Below, in pieces: positions 35,111 to 43,424 of a DNA stretch of 43,424 nt. Every line of letters begins with the position of its first letter. Position 1 is the stretch's first letter. The notes beneath the pieces are model-generated. The model did no database searches. It saw only the letters and a list, made by a program, of their open reading frames with translations, and was not told the DNA's origin. Position numbers and translations under genes: made by a program. The stretch comes from an uncultured Actinomycetota bacterium (GTDB lineage Bacteria; Actinomycetota; Humimicrobiia; Humimicrobiales; Humimicrobiaceae): assembly GCA_964578525.1 (NCBI GenBank), contig CAZODG010000002.1, positions 1-43,424 of the forward strand, in the 5' to 3' direction.

Positions 35111-36004
35111 CTATATTTTAAATTTCTCTCCCACTATTTTTTCATAGGCAGAGATATACGTATCGGAAGTCTTTTTAACAACATCCGGAGGCAGAGGCGG
35201 AGGAATTGATTTTCTATCCCAGTCGGAGCTGAGCAAATAATCCCTGACATACTGCTTATCGAAACTCTTTTGCTCTCTTCCCGGCATATAATCATCCAGC
35301 GGCCAGAATCTGGATGAATCAGGAGTAAGAATCTCATCTGCCAGTATAATCTTATCATCATCTGTTGCGCCGAACTCGAACTTCGTATCCGCAATTATTA
35401 TACCCCGCTTCAAAGCATATTCTGAAGCTTTGAGGTATAGCTCTATACTTTTTTCCTTTATGGAATCTATTGTTCCGGCACCGAATATTTTTTTTGCCTT
35501 ATTAATGGTGAGGGTCATATCATGTCCGGATACTTCTTTTGTAGTAGGAGTAAATATTGCCTCCGGGAGCCGGTCGCATTTTGAAAGATTGGGAGGCAGT
35601 TCTAAATCTCCGATCATACCGGTCCTTTTATATTCTTCCCACCCGGAACCCGTTATATATCCGCGGACGACACATTCTATCGGATATATTTTTACTCTTT
35701 TTGCTATGACCGATCTGCCCGATAGGGTGCCTTTATATCTTTTTAAAAATTTTGGGAATTTTTCGATATCGACCTCTATTAAATGATTATCTATTATGCC
35801 TTTCAAATGATTGAACCAGAAAATCGAAATCTTATTTAAGATTATGCCCTTTAAAGGAATAAGGGTGGGTAATACAAAATCAAAAGCGGAAATCCTATCC
35901 GTGGTCACTATTAGGATCTTACTGTCGAATGCGAACATTTCTCTTACCTTGCCGCTTCTTAATTTCTCTAAATTTTTAATTTCTATATCCCCTACAAGTT
36001 TCAT
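35111..36004 (-). CDS. purC: Phosphoribosylaminoimidazole-succinocarboxamide synthase (long form)
   Basis: GKVREMF, TDRISAFD, ADTKFEFG and LTPDSSRFW motifs. Confidence 0.9.
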   Translation of the reverse strand: MKLVGDIEIKNLEKLRSGKVREMFAFDSKILIVTTDRISAFDFVLPTLIPLKGIILNKISIFWFNHLKGIIDNHLIEVDIEKFPKFLKRYKGTLSGRSVIAKRVKIYPIECVVRGYITGSGWEEYKRTGMIGDLELPPNLSKCDRLPEAIFTPTTKEVSGHDMTLTINKAKKIFGAGTIDSIKEKSIELYLKASEYALKRGIIIADTKFEFGATDDDKIILADEILTPDSSRFWPLDDYMPGREQKSFDKQYVRDYLLSSDWDRKSIPPPLPPDVVKKTSDTYISAYEKIVGEKFKI

Positions 36005-36081
36005 AAATCATACCTCATAATTATTATTTTATACGGCTATTATTAAATAATGAATATTCATCTCTTGCCGGTTATAAATTC

Positions 36082-36891
36082 CTAATCGATCCCGGCATCT
36101 TTCAATGCATGCGAACATACGCAATCTCTTTTGTCGGGAACCTTTGAAATTACTCTAAAAAGCAGGCTCCTTACTTTTTCATTGTTCTCTTTAAATACCT
36201 TCGCAACCTGGTCGAAGGTTACCGGTTTAATCTCCGGACGGCCCTCAAGCCCTACATCATAGTCGGTGACGAGAGAAATATTCACGTAACATATTTCCTG
36301 CTCCCTTGCCAGGCATACTTCCGGATACTGGGTCATTGTTACAACTTCCCAGCCCATCTTCGAATACCATCTGCTCTCGGATCTGGTACTGAACCTTGGA
36401 CCCTGAATGGTAACTGCTGTCCCCGTGGGATAGAAATCTATTTCAAGTTCACGGGCACTCTCGATTACGATTCCCCGCAAAACGGGACAATACGGCTCCG
36501 CCATTTCAACATGCACGGTTTTCGGTCCATCGTAAAAAGTGTCTATTCTCCCCTTTGTTCTATCCACAAACTGATCGCACACCACAAACTGTCCCGGCTT
36601 TATGTACGGCTGCAGACTTCCGGAACTGCAGGGACCGAAAATACGTTTTACGCCTATCTTTTTCATTGCATAAATATTCGCCCTATAGTTTATTTTGTGC
36701 GGTGGTAAATTATGTTTCTTCCCGTGTCTGGGTATAAATGCGACACTTTTCCCCTCCAACACACCAATTGTTACTTTGTCCGAAGGAGGACCATAGGGAG
36801 TATCAATCTCATATTCTTTAGCTTTTTCCAGAAATGAGTAAAATCCGGAACCTCCGAATACGCCGATTTCTGCTTTTGGTTCACCGCTCAT
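36082..36891 (-). CDS. mtnP: S-methyl-5'-thioadenosine phosphorylase
   Basis: IGVFGGSG, F(I/L)PRHG..H..PPH.INYRANI.A.K..GV and MT..PE..LARE motifs. Confidence 0.9.
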   Translation of the reverse strand: MSGEPKAEIGVFGGSGFYSFLEKAKEYEIDTPYGPPSDKVTIGVLEGKSVAFIPRHGKKHNLPPHKINYRANIYAMKKIGVKRIFGPCSSGSLQPYIKPGQFVVCDQFVDRTKGRIDTFYDGPKTVHVEMAEPYCPVLRGIVIESARELEIDFYPTGTAVTIQGPRFSTRSESRWYSKMGWEVVTMTQYPEVCLAREQEICYVNISLVTDYDVGLEGRPEIKPVTFDQVAKVFKENNEKVRSLLFRVISKVPDKRDCVCSHALKDAGID

Positions 36892-36944
36892 ATTTTTCCT
36901 TTCTTATTTTACTTAAATATATTTCACTTGATATAGAAACAGGA

Positions 36945-37955
36945 TCAGTAACCTCTGCTCTCTACCAAATCTATTAAAGGGACTTCCGGACGGGCTCCGA
37001 AATGACCCAGGATCTCTGCGGCAACTATGCTTCCTATTTTTCCGCAGTCTTCAAGGTCCCTGCCATTGATAAAGCCGTGAAGAAATCCTGCAGCAAAAAG
37101 ATCGCCGGCACCGGTAGAATCTAACACATTTATATCCTGTTCCGGCGGTATCTTTATTATCTTATCTTCAGATACAATAACCGATCCTTTTTCCGAACGG
37201 GTGATCACGCAAATATTTTTCATTTCCCTGCACCGGGAGATTGCCGTCTCCAGATCATCGGTCTTAAACAATGATTTGATCTCATCCTCATTTGCAAAAA
37301 GAATATCCACATGATTTTCAATAAGATCCAAAAATTCCCCGCGATGCCTTTCTACACAGAAAGAATCGGAAAGACTCAGGGCCACTTTTCCCCCTGTATC
37401 GCCGGCAATTTCTATCGCTTTTTTAAACGCCCTTTTGGCCCCGTCGCTATCCCAGAGATATCCTTCCAGATATATTATTTCCGACTGAGAAATAACTTCT
37501 TCATCTACATCTTCAGGTGTCAGGAATCCTGCTATACCCAGATAAGTATTCATGGTCCTGTGCGCATCGGGAGTAGTAAGGACCACGCAGCATGCTGTCG
37601 ATTTTCCGCTGGCCGCTTTAATTGTGAAGTAACTCACTCCGATTTCCTCAAGACCTTTTTCGAAGGCCCTGCCAAGCATATCGTCTCTTACTTTACCGAT
37701 AAAAGCTACCGGATGGCCGAGAGATGACAGTGCGGCAATCGTATTTGCAGCCGAACCTCCGGATACTTCCTTTATTATATCAACGCAGCTGCGAAGCCCC
37801 TCGATTTCGGATTCATCCACAATTTTCATCATCCCTTTTTTAAGATCATATTTAGGGAGAAAATCATCTTCTATATTGGCAAGCACATCGACAACAGCAT
37901 GGCCCAGACCCACGACCTTATATTTTTTTACCGGCATTATTTTCCTTTTATCCAT
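36945..37955 (-). CDS. PfkB-family kinase (adenosine kinase-like)
   Basis: GGSAANT near the N-terminus and DSTGAGDLFAAGFL near the C-terminus are the PfkB signatures. Adjacent to mtnP. Confidence 0.8.
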   Translation of the reverse strand: MDKRKIMPVKKYKVVGLGHAVVDVLANIEDDFLPKYDLKKGMMKIVDESEIEGLRSCVDIIKEVSGGSAANTIAALSSLGHPVAFIGKVRDDMLGRAFEKGLEEIGVSYFTIKAASGKSTACCVVLTTPDAHRTMNTYLGIAGFLTPEDVDEEVISQSEIIYLEGYLWDSDGAKRAFKKAIEIAGDTGGKVALSLSDSFCVERHRGEFLDLIENHVDILFANEDEIKSLFKTDDLETAISRCREMKNICVITRSEKGSVIVSEDKIIKIPPEQDINVLDSTGAGDLFAAGFLHGFINGRDLEDCGKIGSIVAAEILGHFGARPEVPLIDLVESRGY

Positions 37956-38196
37956 TATGATAATGAATATTAATCTGGCAGAGATTCTTCCATCCCGATA
38001 TCATTTAATAGAATTATTAAATATATGTCAATCAGTATTGATTTAAAAATAGCGGCCGGGCCGCTTTCTAAAAACCTATTTTTTAACTATAATTTTCTAT
38101 AAGCTACAGGATTATCAAGAAATGATAGATTGGAGAAAGAATACTGATTGGATAAGATAGGTTTATTGGAGAAAGATAGATTGGAAAGGAAAGATA

Positions 38197-38595
38197 ATGT
38201 TTGAGACTCTTGCAGTCAAAACCTCAAAACGGATAGAAATGATAGATATTACGGAAAGGATCGCCGCTTTTATTAAAAAAAATAATGTAGACCGCGGCCT
38301 TTGCTGCCTTTTTGTCCCTCATACGACAGCCGGAATCACTATAAATGAAAATGCCGATTATACGGTGCAGCTGGATATCAACTCCGGATTAAGCAAACTC
38401 ATACCTGCCGGAGAAAATTATTCCCACCTGGAAGGGAATTCCGATTCTCATATAAAGTCCACGCTGGTAGGATCATCCTTGAATGTGATCATCGAAGGCA
38501 GCAGATTGGCACTTGGAACCTGGCAGGGCATATACTTCTGTGAATATGATGGTCCAAGAAACAGAAGTCTCTACATAAAATTAATCGAAGGTTAA
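38197..38595 (+). CDS. yjbQ: YjbQ/UPF0047 family protein (secondary thiamine-phosphate synthase)
   Basis: VPHTTAGITINENAD..V, H...GN.DSH.K and LGTWQGIYFCE motifs. Confidence 0.85.
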   Translation: MFETLAVKTSKRIEMIDITERIAAFIKKNNVDRGLCCLFVPHTTAGITINENADYTVQLDINSGLSKLIPAGENYSHLEGNSDSHIKSTLVGSSLNVIIEGSRLALGTWQGIYFCEYDGPRNRSLYIKLIEG

Positions 38596-38622
38596 AACAT
38601 AATAAAAGACAAAAAACAAAAT

Positions 38623-39966
38623 ATGACTTTATTTGAAAAATCTAAAGCCATCCAGCGGTCCGATAAATCCGGCGTGCCCCTTGCCGATAGGATGAGACCC
38701 CATACTCTGGATGAATTTGTCGGACAGGAACATCTCGTTGGCCCGGGTAAGGTTCTAAGAGAGATCATCGAAAATGACAGGCTTTATTCAATAATATTCT
38801 GGGGTCCTCCGGGGTCCGGAAAAACAACCCTTGCAAAAATTATTGCCGAGAGAACCAAAAGCAGGTTCATATCCTTTTCAGCAGTGACTTCGGGAATAAA
38901 GCAGATAAAAGAGATAATGGAAGTCGCTAAATATAATAAGAAAGAAAGCAATATAAAAACCATATTATTTATAGACGAAATTCACCGTTTTAACAAAGCG
39001 CAGCAGGACGCCTTCCTTCCCTTTGTTGAGGATGGCACCATAATCTTAATAGGAGCCACAACCGAGAATCCTTCTTTTGAAGTAATTTCTGCGCTTCTTT
39101 CAAGGACCAAGACATTTTTGCTTTATAAGCTTTCCGATGAAAACATAAAAATACTTTTAAGGAGATCCCTTGGTGACAAAGAAAGAGGACTGGGAAAATA
39201 CAATATAAAAATAAGCGAGGATACAATTGACTTTATAGCCATATCATCCGACGGCGATTCAAGAATTGCCTACAATATACTTGAACTTGCGGCAAATACC
39301 TTTTCAACAGAAAAAAGTCAGAAGGTCATGGAGATAACAATGCCCTTGATTGAAAACGTAATACAGAAAAAGGCGCTGCTCTATGATAAAAACGGCGAGG
39401 AGCATTACAATCTTATATCGGCCCTTCATAAGAGCTTAAGGGACAGCGACCCCGATGGTGCGGTTTACTGGACGGTAAGGATGATCGAAGGCGGAGAAGA
39501 TCCGCTGTATATTATAAGGAGAATGGTCAGATTTGCCTCGGAGGATATAGGACTTGCGGATCCGGCCGCACTGCAGGTGACAATTTCAGCCAAACAAAGT
39601 TTTGAATTCATAGGACCCCCGGAGGGATATCTTGCTATAATTGAAGCGGTGATCTATCTTGCACTGGCTCCAAAAAGTAATTCCCTTTACAGGACTTACA
39701 GCAGGGTAAAATCGGATGTGAATGAATTTGGATCCCTTCCGGTTCCCTATCATATAAGAAATGCCCCTACCAATCTAATGAAGGATCTGGGATATGGCAA
39801 GGGTTATAAATACGCCCATAATTTCAGCGATGCGGTTGTCGATCAGACTCATCTTCCGGATAAACTTCTTGGAAAGAAATACTATAGCCCCACAGGCAGA
39901 GGATTCGAGAAAGAACTGACCGAAAGATTAAAAGCAATCGACATATTAAAGAAAAAGAACAAATAA
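38623..39966 (+). CDS. rarA: Replication-associated recombination protein A (AAA+ ATPase)
   Basis: [18 protein letters not shown], Walker [10 protein letters not shown], Walker [11 protein letters not shown], and C-terminal MgsA domain (HYN.ISA.HKS.R.SD.D.A.YW). Confidence 0.95.
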   Translation: MTLFEKSKAIQRSDKSGVPLADRMRPHTLDEFVGQEHLVGPGKVLREIIENDRLYSIIFWGPPGSGKTTLAKIIAERTKSRFISFSAVTSGIKQIKEIMEVAKYNKKESNIKTILFIDEIHRFNKAQQDAFLPFVEDGTIILIGATTENPSFEVISALLSRTKTFLLYKLSDENIKILLRRSLGDKERGLGKYNIKISEDTIDFIAISSDGDSRIAYNILELAANTFSTEKSQKVMEITMPLIENVIQKKALLYDKNGEEHYNLISALHKSLRDSDPDGAVYWTVRMIEGGEDPLYIIRRMVRFASEDIGLADPAALQVTISAKQSFEFIGPPEGYLAIIEAVIYLALAPKSNSLYRTYSRVKSDVNEFGSLPVPYHIRNAPTNLMKDLGYGKGYKYAHNFSDAVVDQTHLPDKLLGKKYYSPTGRGFEKELTERLKAIDILKKKNK

Positions 39967-39979
39967 GATTCTGGTTTTT

Positions 39980-41203
39980 TTACTTGGACAGGCCAAAACC
40001 GCTGTGCAGTGCCTTTACTGCTTCCTTTATCTCTCCCCTTTTTACGACGCAGGAGATCCTTATGGGAGAGGTGCTGATCATTTCGATATTTATTTCTTTA
40101 TCTGCCAGGATCTTAAACATTTTTGCCGCCACACCAGGATGTGTCTGCATTCCGGCACCAATAATGGAAACCCTGGCAATATCGTTATCTATTTCGACCC
40201 GTATATTTTCTATCTTACTTAAGACTTTCTCTGTGAGAGATGCGTTTTCATTCCTTATAGTAAAGGAGATAGCCGCAAAGTTTTTCTCGCTGACATTTTG
40301 TACTATCAAATCAACATTTATATTTTCTTTTGCCAGTCTTCCAAAAAGATCGGCAGCAATACCCGGCTTGTCTTCAAGTCCAAAAATAGATACTTTTGCC
40401 TCCCCAACATCATAAGTCACACCGGTAATAACCGGCCTTTCCATTCTATCGTCTTTTTTATAATTATCCATAATCCATGTCCCTTCAACATCATTAAAAC
40501 TTGACCTGATATGTAATACTACATTGTTCTTTTTTGCAAATTCTATTGCTCTTAAGTGAAGGACCTTGGCTCCGCAGGAAGCAAGTTCCAGCATCTCATC
40601 GTACGAGATCGCATCAAGTTTGACTGCCTCGCAAACTACATTGGGATCAGTTGAAAAAACCCCTTCCACATCGGTATATATTTCGCAGTATTTTGCTTTC
40701 AGCGCCGAAGCCAGTGCGACTGCAGTTGTGTCCGAACCGCCCCTTCCCAGCGTCGTTATGTCACCGCGCATATTAATGCCCTGGAAGCCTGCTACAATGA
40801 CAATCCTGCCTTTTTTTAATTCCTTCAGTATCCTATCGGTCTTGATATACAAGATTTTGGCATTTGAATAACCTTCGTCTGTTACAATTCCTGCCTGGCC
40901 GCCTGTAAGAGATATGCAGTCATGACCTTTTTCCTGAATGGCCATTGCCAGAAGAGCACCTGACACCCGCTCTCCTGTTGACATCAGCATATCCATCTCC
41001 CGTCTTGACGGGCCGGAAGATATTTCTCCCGCAAGATCGACCAATTTGTCGGTAGTATCTCCCATTGCTGAAACGACAGCTACCACTTTGTTCGCTTCAA
41101 GACTGGCGCTTATGATTCTATCGGCAACCTTCTTTATTCTATCTGCGTCTCCGACAGAAGTTCCGCCAAACTTAAGTATTATTATGTTTCTTTTGCCTCT
41201 CAT
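39980..41203 (-). CDS. lysC: Aspartate kinase
   Basis: KFGGTSVGD, GRGGSDTTA and two C-terminal ACT domains. The start is moved to ATG 41203 (MRGKRNIIILKFGGTS). The longer ORF to 41317 would overlap the upstream oxidoreductase gene by 68 nt and would add a non-homologous lysine-rich tail. Confidence 0.9.
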   Translation of the reverse strand: MRGKRNIIILKFGGTSVGDADRIKKVADRIISASLEANKVVAVVSAMGDTTDKLVDLAGEISSGPSRREMDMLMSTGERVSGALLAMAIQEKGHDCISLTGGQAGIVTDEGYSNAKILYIKTDRILKELKKGRIVIVAGFQGINMRGDITTLGRGGSDTTAVALASALKAKYCEIYTDVEGVFSTDPNVVCEAVKLDAISYDEMLELASCGAKVLHLRAIEFAKKNNVVLHIRSSFNDVEGTWIMDNYKKDDRMERPVITGVTYDVGEAKVSIFGLEDKPGIAADLFGRLAKENINVDLIVQNVSEKNFAAISFTIRNENASLTEKVLSKIENIRVEIDNDIARVSIIGAGMQTHPGVAAKMFKILADKEINIEMISTSPIRISCVVKRGEIKEAVKALHSGFGLSK

Positions 41204-41249
41204 CTTTACCCATCGGTCCCTGTTTATATATTCCGGATCTAAACTTAAT

Positions 41250-43424
41250 TTACTTTCTTTCAGCCATAACCCTGTACTTTTCATATTTAGCTTTAGCTTG
41301 TTCTTCCGCTTTGCCAAAGAGGTCCTTTGCTATTTCCGGAAAAGTCTTGGTAAGCGATGCATACCTTATTTCTCCCATCAGGAATTCCCTGAATGATTCC
41401 GTGGGCTCCTTTGAATCCAGTATAAACGGATTTGCGCCTTCCTTTTCCAGTTCCGGATTATAGCGGTATAGATGCCAGTATCCTGCTTCCACTGCTTTCT
41501 TTTCCCGTTCAATCGAACAGCCCATTCCCGCATAGATTCCGTGATTTATGCATGGCGAATATGCTATTATGATTGACGGTCCGTTATATTTTTCGGCTTC
41601 AAGAAAGGCCGTAAGTGTCTGCTTGTAGCTTGCACCCATCGCAATCTGTGCCACATAAACATAGCCATAGGTCATTGCCATAAGGCCCAGATCCTTTTTC
41701 TTGATTTTTTTACCTGAAGCGGCAAATTTTGCAACCGCTCCGATCGGAGTTGCTTTCGAGGATTGGCCCCCCGTATTGGAATATACTTCGGTATCGAATA
41801 CAAGGACATTTATGTTTTCCCCTGATGCCAGCACATGATCAAGGCCGCCATATCCTATATCATATGCCCAGCCGTCACCGCCAAATGCCCATATCGATTT
41901 TTTGATAAGATAATCTTTAAGTTCCAGTATTTTATCCTTAAGTCCATTGGCATTTTTATCTCCAAGATCCTTTTCAAATAATTTTAGAATTTTTGCCGTG
42001 GACTGCCTGTTTAATTCCAGATCTTCTTTTCCGCTTACCCATTCAAGCGCCGCTTTCTTCACGGCAGGATCTACATTCATACCGGATAGCTGTTTCATAT
42101 ACTCTTCGATTCTATTTCTCATCTGCTTTACAGCAAGAACCATTCCGTACCCGTATTCGGCGTTATCTTCAAAAAGAGAATTTGCCCAAGCCGGGCCCTT
42201 ACCCTTTGCATTAACCGTATAAGGAATAGAAGGAGCCGAACCGCCCCAGATAGACGAGCAACCTGTGGCATTGGCAACAAGCATTCTATCTCCAAAAAGC
42301 TGTGTGACCAGCCTGGGATAAGGAGTTTCTCCGCATCCGCCGCATGCCCCGGAAAACTCGAATAATGGTTTTCTGAATTGACTTCCCTTGACCGTATCTG
42401 CAGGCACTACATCTTCTTTGACCGGAACCTTAGAAGCAAAGTCCCAGTTTTCAATCTGTTCCCTCTGCGAATAAAGTGGTTTCATTACCAGAGCTTTCTC
42501 CTTTGCAGGACAGATATTTGCGCAATTTCCGCATCCGGTACAATCAAGTACGCTTACCTGTATCCTGAACGCAAACGGGTCCAGACCTTTTCCTTTTGCT
42601 CCTATTGTCTCGAATTTTTCAGGAGCATTCTTCATTTCATCATCCGTAAGCAGGACAGGTCTTATGACCGCATGGGGGCAAATATAAGAGCACTGATTGC
42701 ATTGTATGCAATTTTCTTTTATCCACTGCGGAACATTTATCGCGACTCCCCTTTTCTCGTATGCTGCCGTTCCCAGAGGGAATGTCCCGTCCTCAACTCC
42801 TGTAAATGCACTTACCGGAATACTATCGCCTTCCTGCCTGTTCATTACTCTTAAAATATTTTCTATGAACTCCGGTTCCTGCGCTTTCTTTATATCCTTT
42901 ATTTCAGCGGCATCTTTCCATCCTTCCGGAATCTCTACTTTCTGCAGTGATTCTATGCCTCTGTCTACTGCCTGATAATTCATCTTGACAATCTTTTCTC
43001 CTTTTGCCCCATAAGTCTCCATTATGGCTTCTTTCATATACTTAATAGCATCATCTATGGGTATGACTTTAGCAAGCTTAAAGAAGGCGGCCTGCATGAT
43101 CATATTTATCCTGCCTCCCAGTCCTATCTCTGCTGCGATACTGGTTGCATTGATAACATAAAAATTTATATTACGCGCAGCTAAATATTTCTTAATGTCC
43201 GCCGGAAGTTTTTCTTCCAGTTCTTCGGCGTTCCACAGGCAGTTCAGAAGGAAGGTACCGCCATTCTTCAATCCTTTAAGCAAATCATATTGTCCCAGAT
43301 AAGCCTGATTATGACAGGCAACAAAGTCCGCATCTGTGATAAGATAGGATGATTTTATCTGATTCTTTCCGAATCTCAGGTGAGAAATAGTGAGACCTCC
43401 GGATTTTTTGGAATCATAAGCAAA
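41250..43424 (-). CDS. nifJ: Pyruvate:ferredoxin (flavodoxin) oxidoreductase, C-terminal 724 aa (5' end lies outside the window)
   Basis: The frame is open to the window edge (FAYDSKKSGGLTISHLRFG...). There are two 4Fe-4S motifs (CIQCNQCSYICPH, CTGCGNCANICP) and a TPP-binding region (GGDGWAYDIGYGGLDHV). Confidence 0.95.
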   Translation of the reverse strand, partial: FAYDSKKSGGLTISHLRFGKNQIKSSYLITDADFVACHNQAYLGQYDLLKGLKNGGTFLLNCLWNAEELEEKLPADIKKYLAARNINFYVINATSIAAEIGLGGRINMIMQAAFFKLAKVIPIDDAIKYMKEAIMETYGAKGEKIVKMNYQAVDRGIESLQKVEIPEGWKDAAEIKDIKKAQEPEFIENILRVMNRQEGDSIPVSAFTGVEDGTFPLGTAAYEKRGVAINVPQWIKENCIQCNQCSYICPHAVIRPVLLTDDEMKNAPEKFETIGAKGKGLDPFAFRIQVSVLDCTGCGNCANICPAKEKALVMKPLYSQREQIENWDFASKVPVKEDVVPADTVKGSQFRKPLFEFSGACGGCGETPYPRLVTQLFGDRMLVANATGCSSIWGGSAPSIPYTVNAKGKGPAWANSLFEDNAEYGYGMVLAVKQMRNRIEEYMKQLSGMNVDPAVKKAALEWVSGKEDLELNRQSTAKILKLFEKDLGDKNANGLKDKILELKDYLIKKSIWAFGGDGWAYDIGYGGLDHVLASGENINVLVFDTEVYSNTGGQSSKATPIGAVAKFAASGKKIKKKDLGLMAMTYGYVYVAQIAMGASYKQTLTAFLEAEKYNGPSIIIAYSPCINHGIYAGMGCSIEREKKAVEAGYWHLYRYNPELEKEGANPFILDSKEPTESFREFLMGEIRYASLTKTFPEIAKDLFGKAEEQAKAKYEKYRVMAERK

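Noticed and set aside
38051-38065. Short GC hairpin agcgg-ccggg-ccgct in the adenosine-kinase/yjbQ divergent intergenic region as a terminator
   Set aside because: The stem is only 5-6 bp, and no gene on either strand ends upstream of it. It is probably incidental, or a regulatory palindrome at best.
41204-41317. N-terminal 38-codon extension of the aspartate kinase ORF
   Set aside because: It would overlap the 3' end of the oxidoreductase gene by 68 nt and would encode a Lys-rich non-homologous tail. The kinase KFGGTS motif follows shortly after the internal ATG at 41203.
40938-42854. Plus-strand ORFs within lysC and the oxidoreductase gene (40938..41396, 41947..42222, 42378..42854, 42697..42975)
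   Set aside because: They are antisense shadows of genes carrying unambiguous catalytic motifs.
1-43424. CRISPR arrays, reverse transcriptase/retron or DGR modules, transposases, rRNA genes
   Set aside because: I looked for regularly spaced direct repeats, YxDD-containing ORFs and DDE or HUH transposase-like ORFs on both strands and found none. The only tandem-like repeats are coding repeats (WG, HEAT) and the short yjbQ leader repeats.

Overview
A 43.4 kb low-GC bacterial chromosomal window. Most of it is ordinary housekeeping sequence. This includes the purF 3' end, a PF04392-type ABC importer, an ABC-2 exporter, rluD-lspA-ileS, trxA, uppP, pmbA-tldD, purC, mtnP, an adenosine-kinase-like gene, yjbQ, rarA, lysC and the 3' two-thirds of a pyruvate:ferredoxin oxidoreductase gene. 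The exception is a much more AT-rich accessory island of about 8.5 kb (about 9.6-18.25 kb) between the two ABC-transporter loci. The island carries: (1) a standalone TIR-domain protein with an unrecognisable C-terminal domain of about 200 aa; (2) a type-II tRNA with anticodon UAA; (3) a tightly linked two-gene cassette, a 364-aa orphan protein plus a 405-aa protein ending in a HEPN-like Rx4H module; (4) a Xer-like tyrosine recombinase; (5) a four-gene operon of putative restriction endonuclease, C5-cytosine methyltransferase, Vsr and a membrane-anchored orphan protein; and (6) a decayed TIR-like/deoxyribosyltransferase-fold gene fragment. The TIR gene and the orphan+HEPN pair contain no NTPase motif and match no named multi-gene defence system that I can recognise from sequence. 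They are the best candidates here for an undescribed immunity system. Smaller oddities are also reported. These are an intergenic element of about 50-70 bp present twice, and a near-identical sigma70-type promoter cassette in front of two unrelated genes. There is also a HEAT-repeat gene array broken by two copies of the same frame-breaking junction, a helicase gene remnant, a low-complexity insertion of about 60 aa in UppP, and phased ATTGGA repeats in the yjbQ leader. All functional calls come from reading motifs in the supplied translations; no database search was run.
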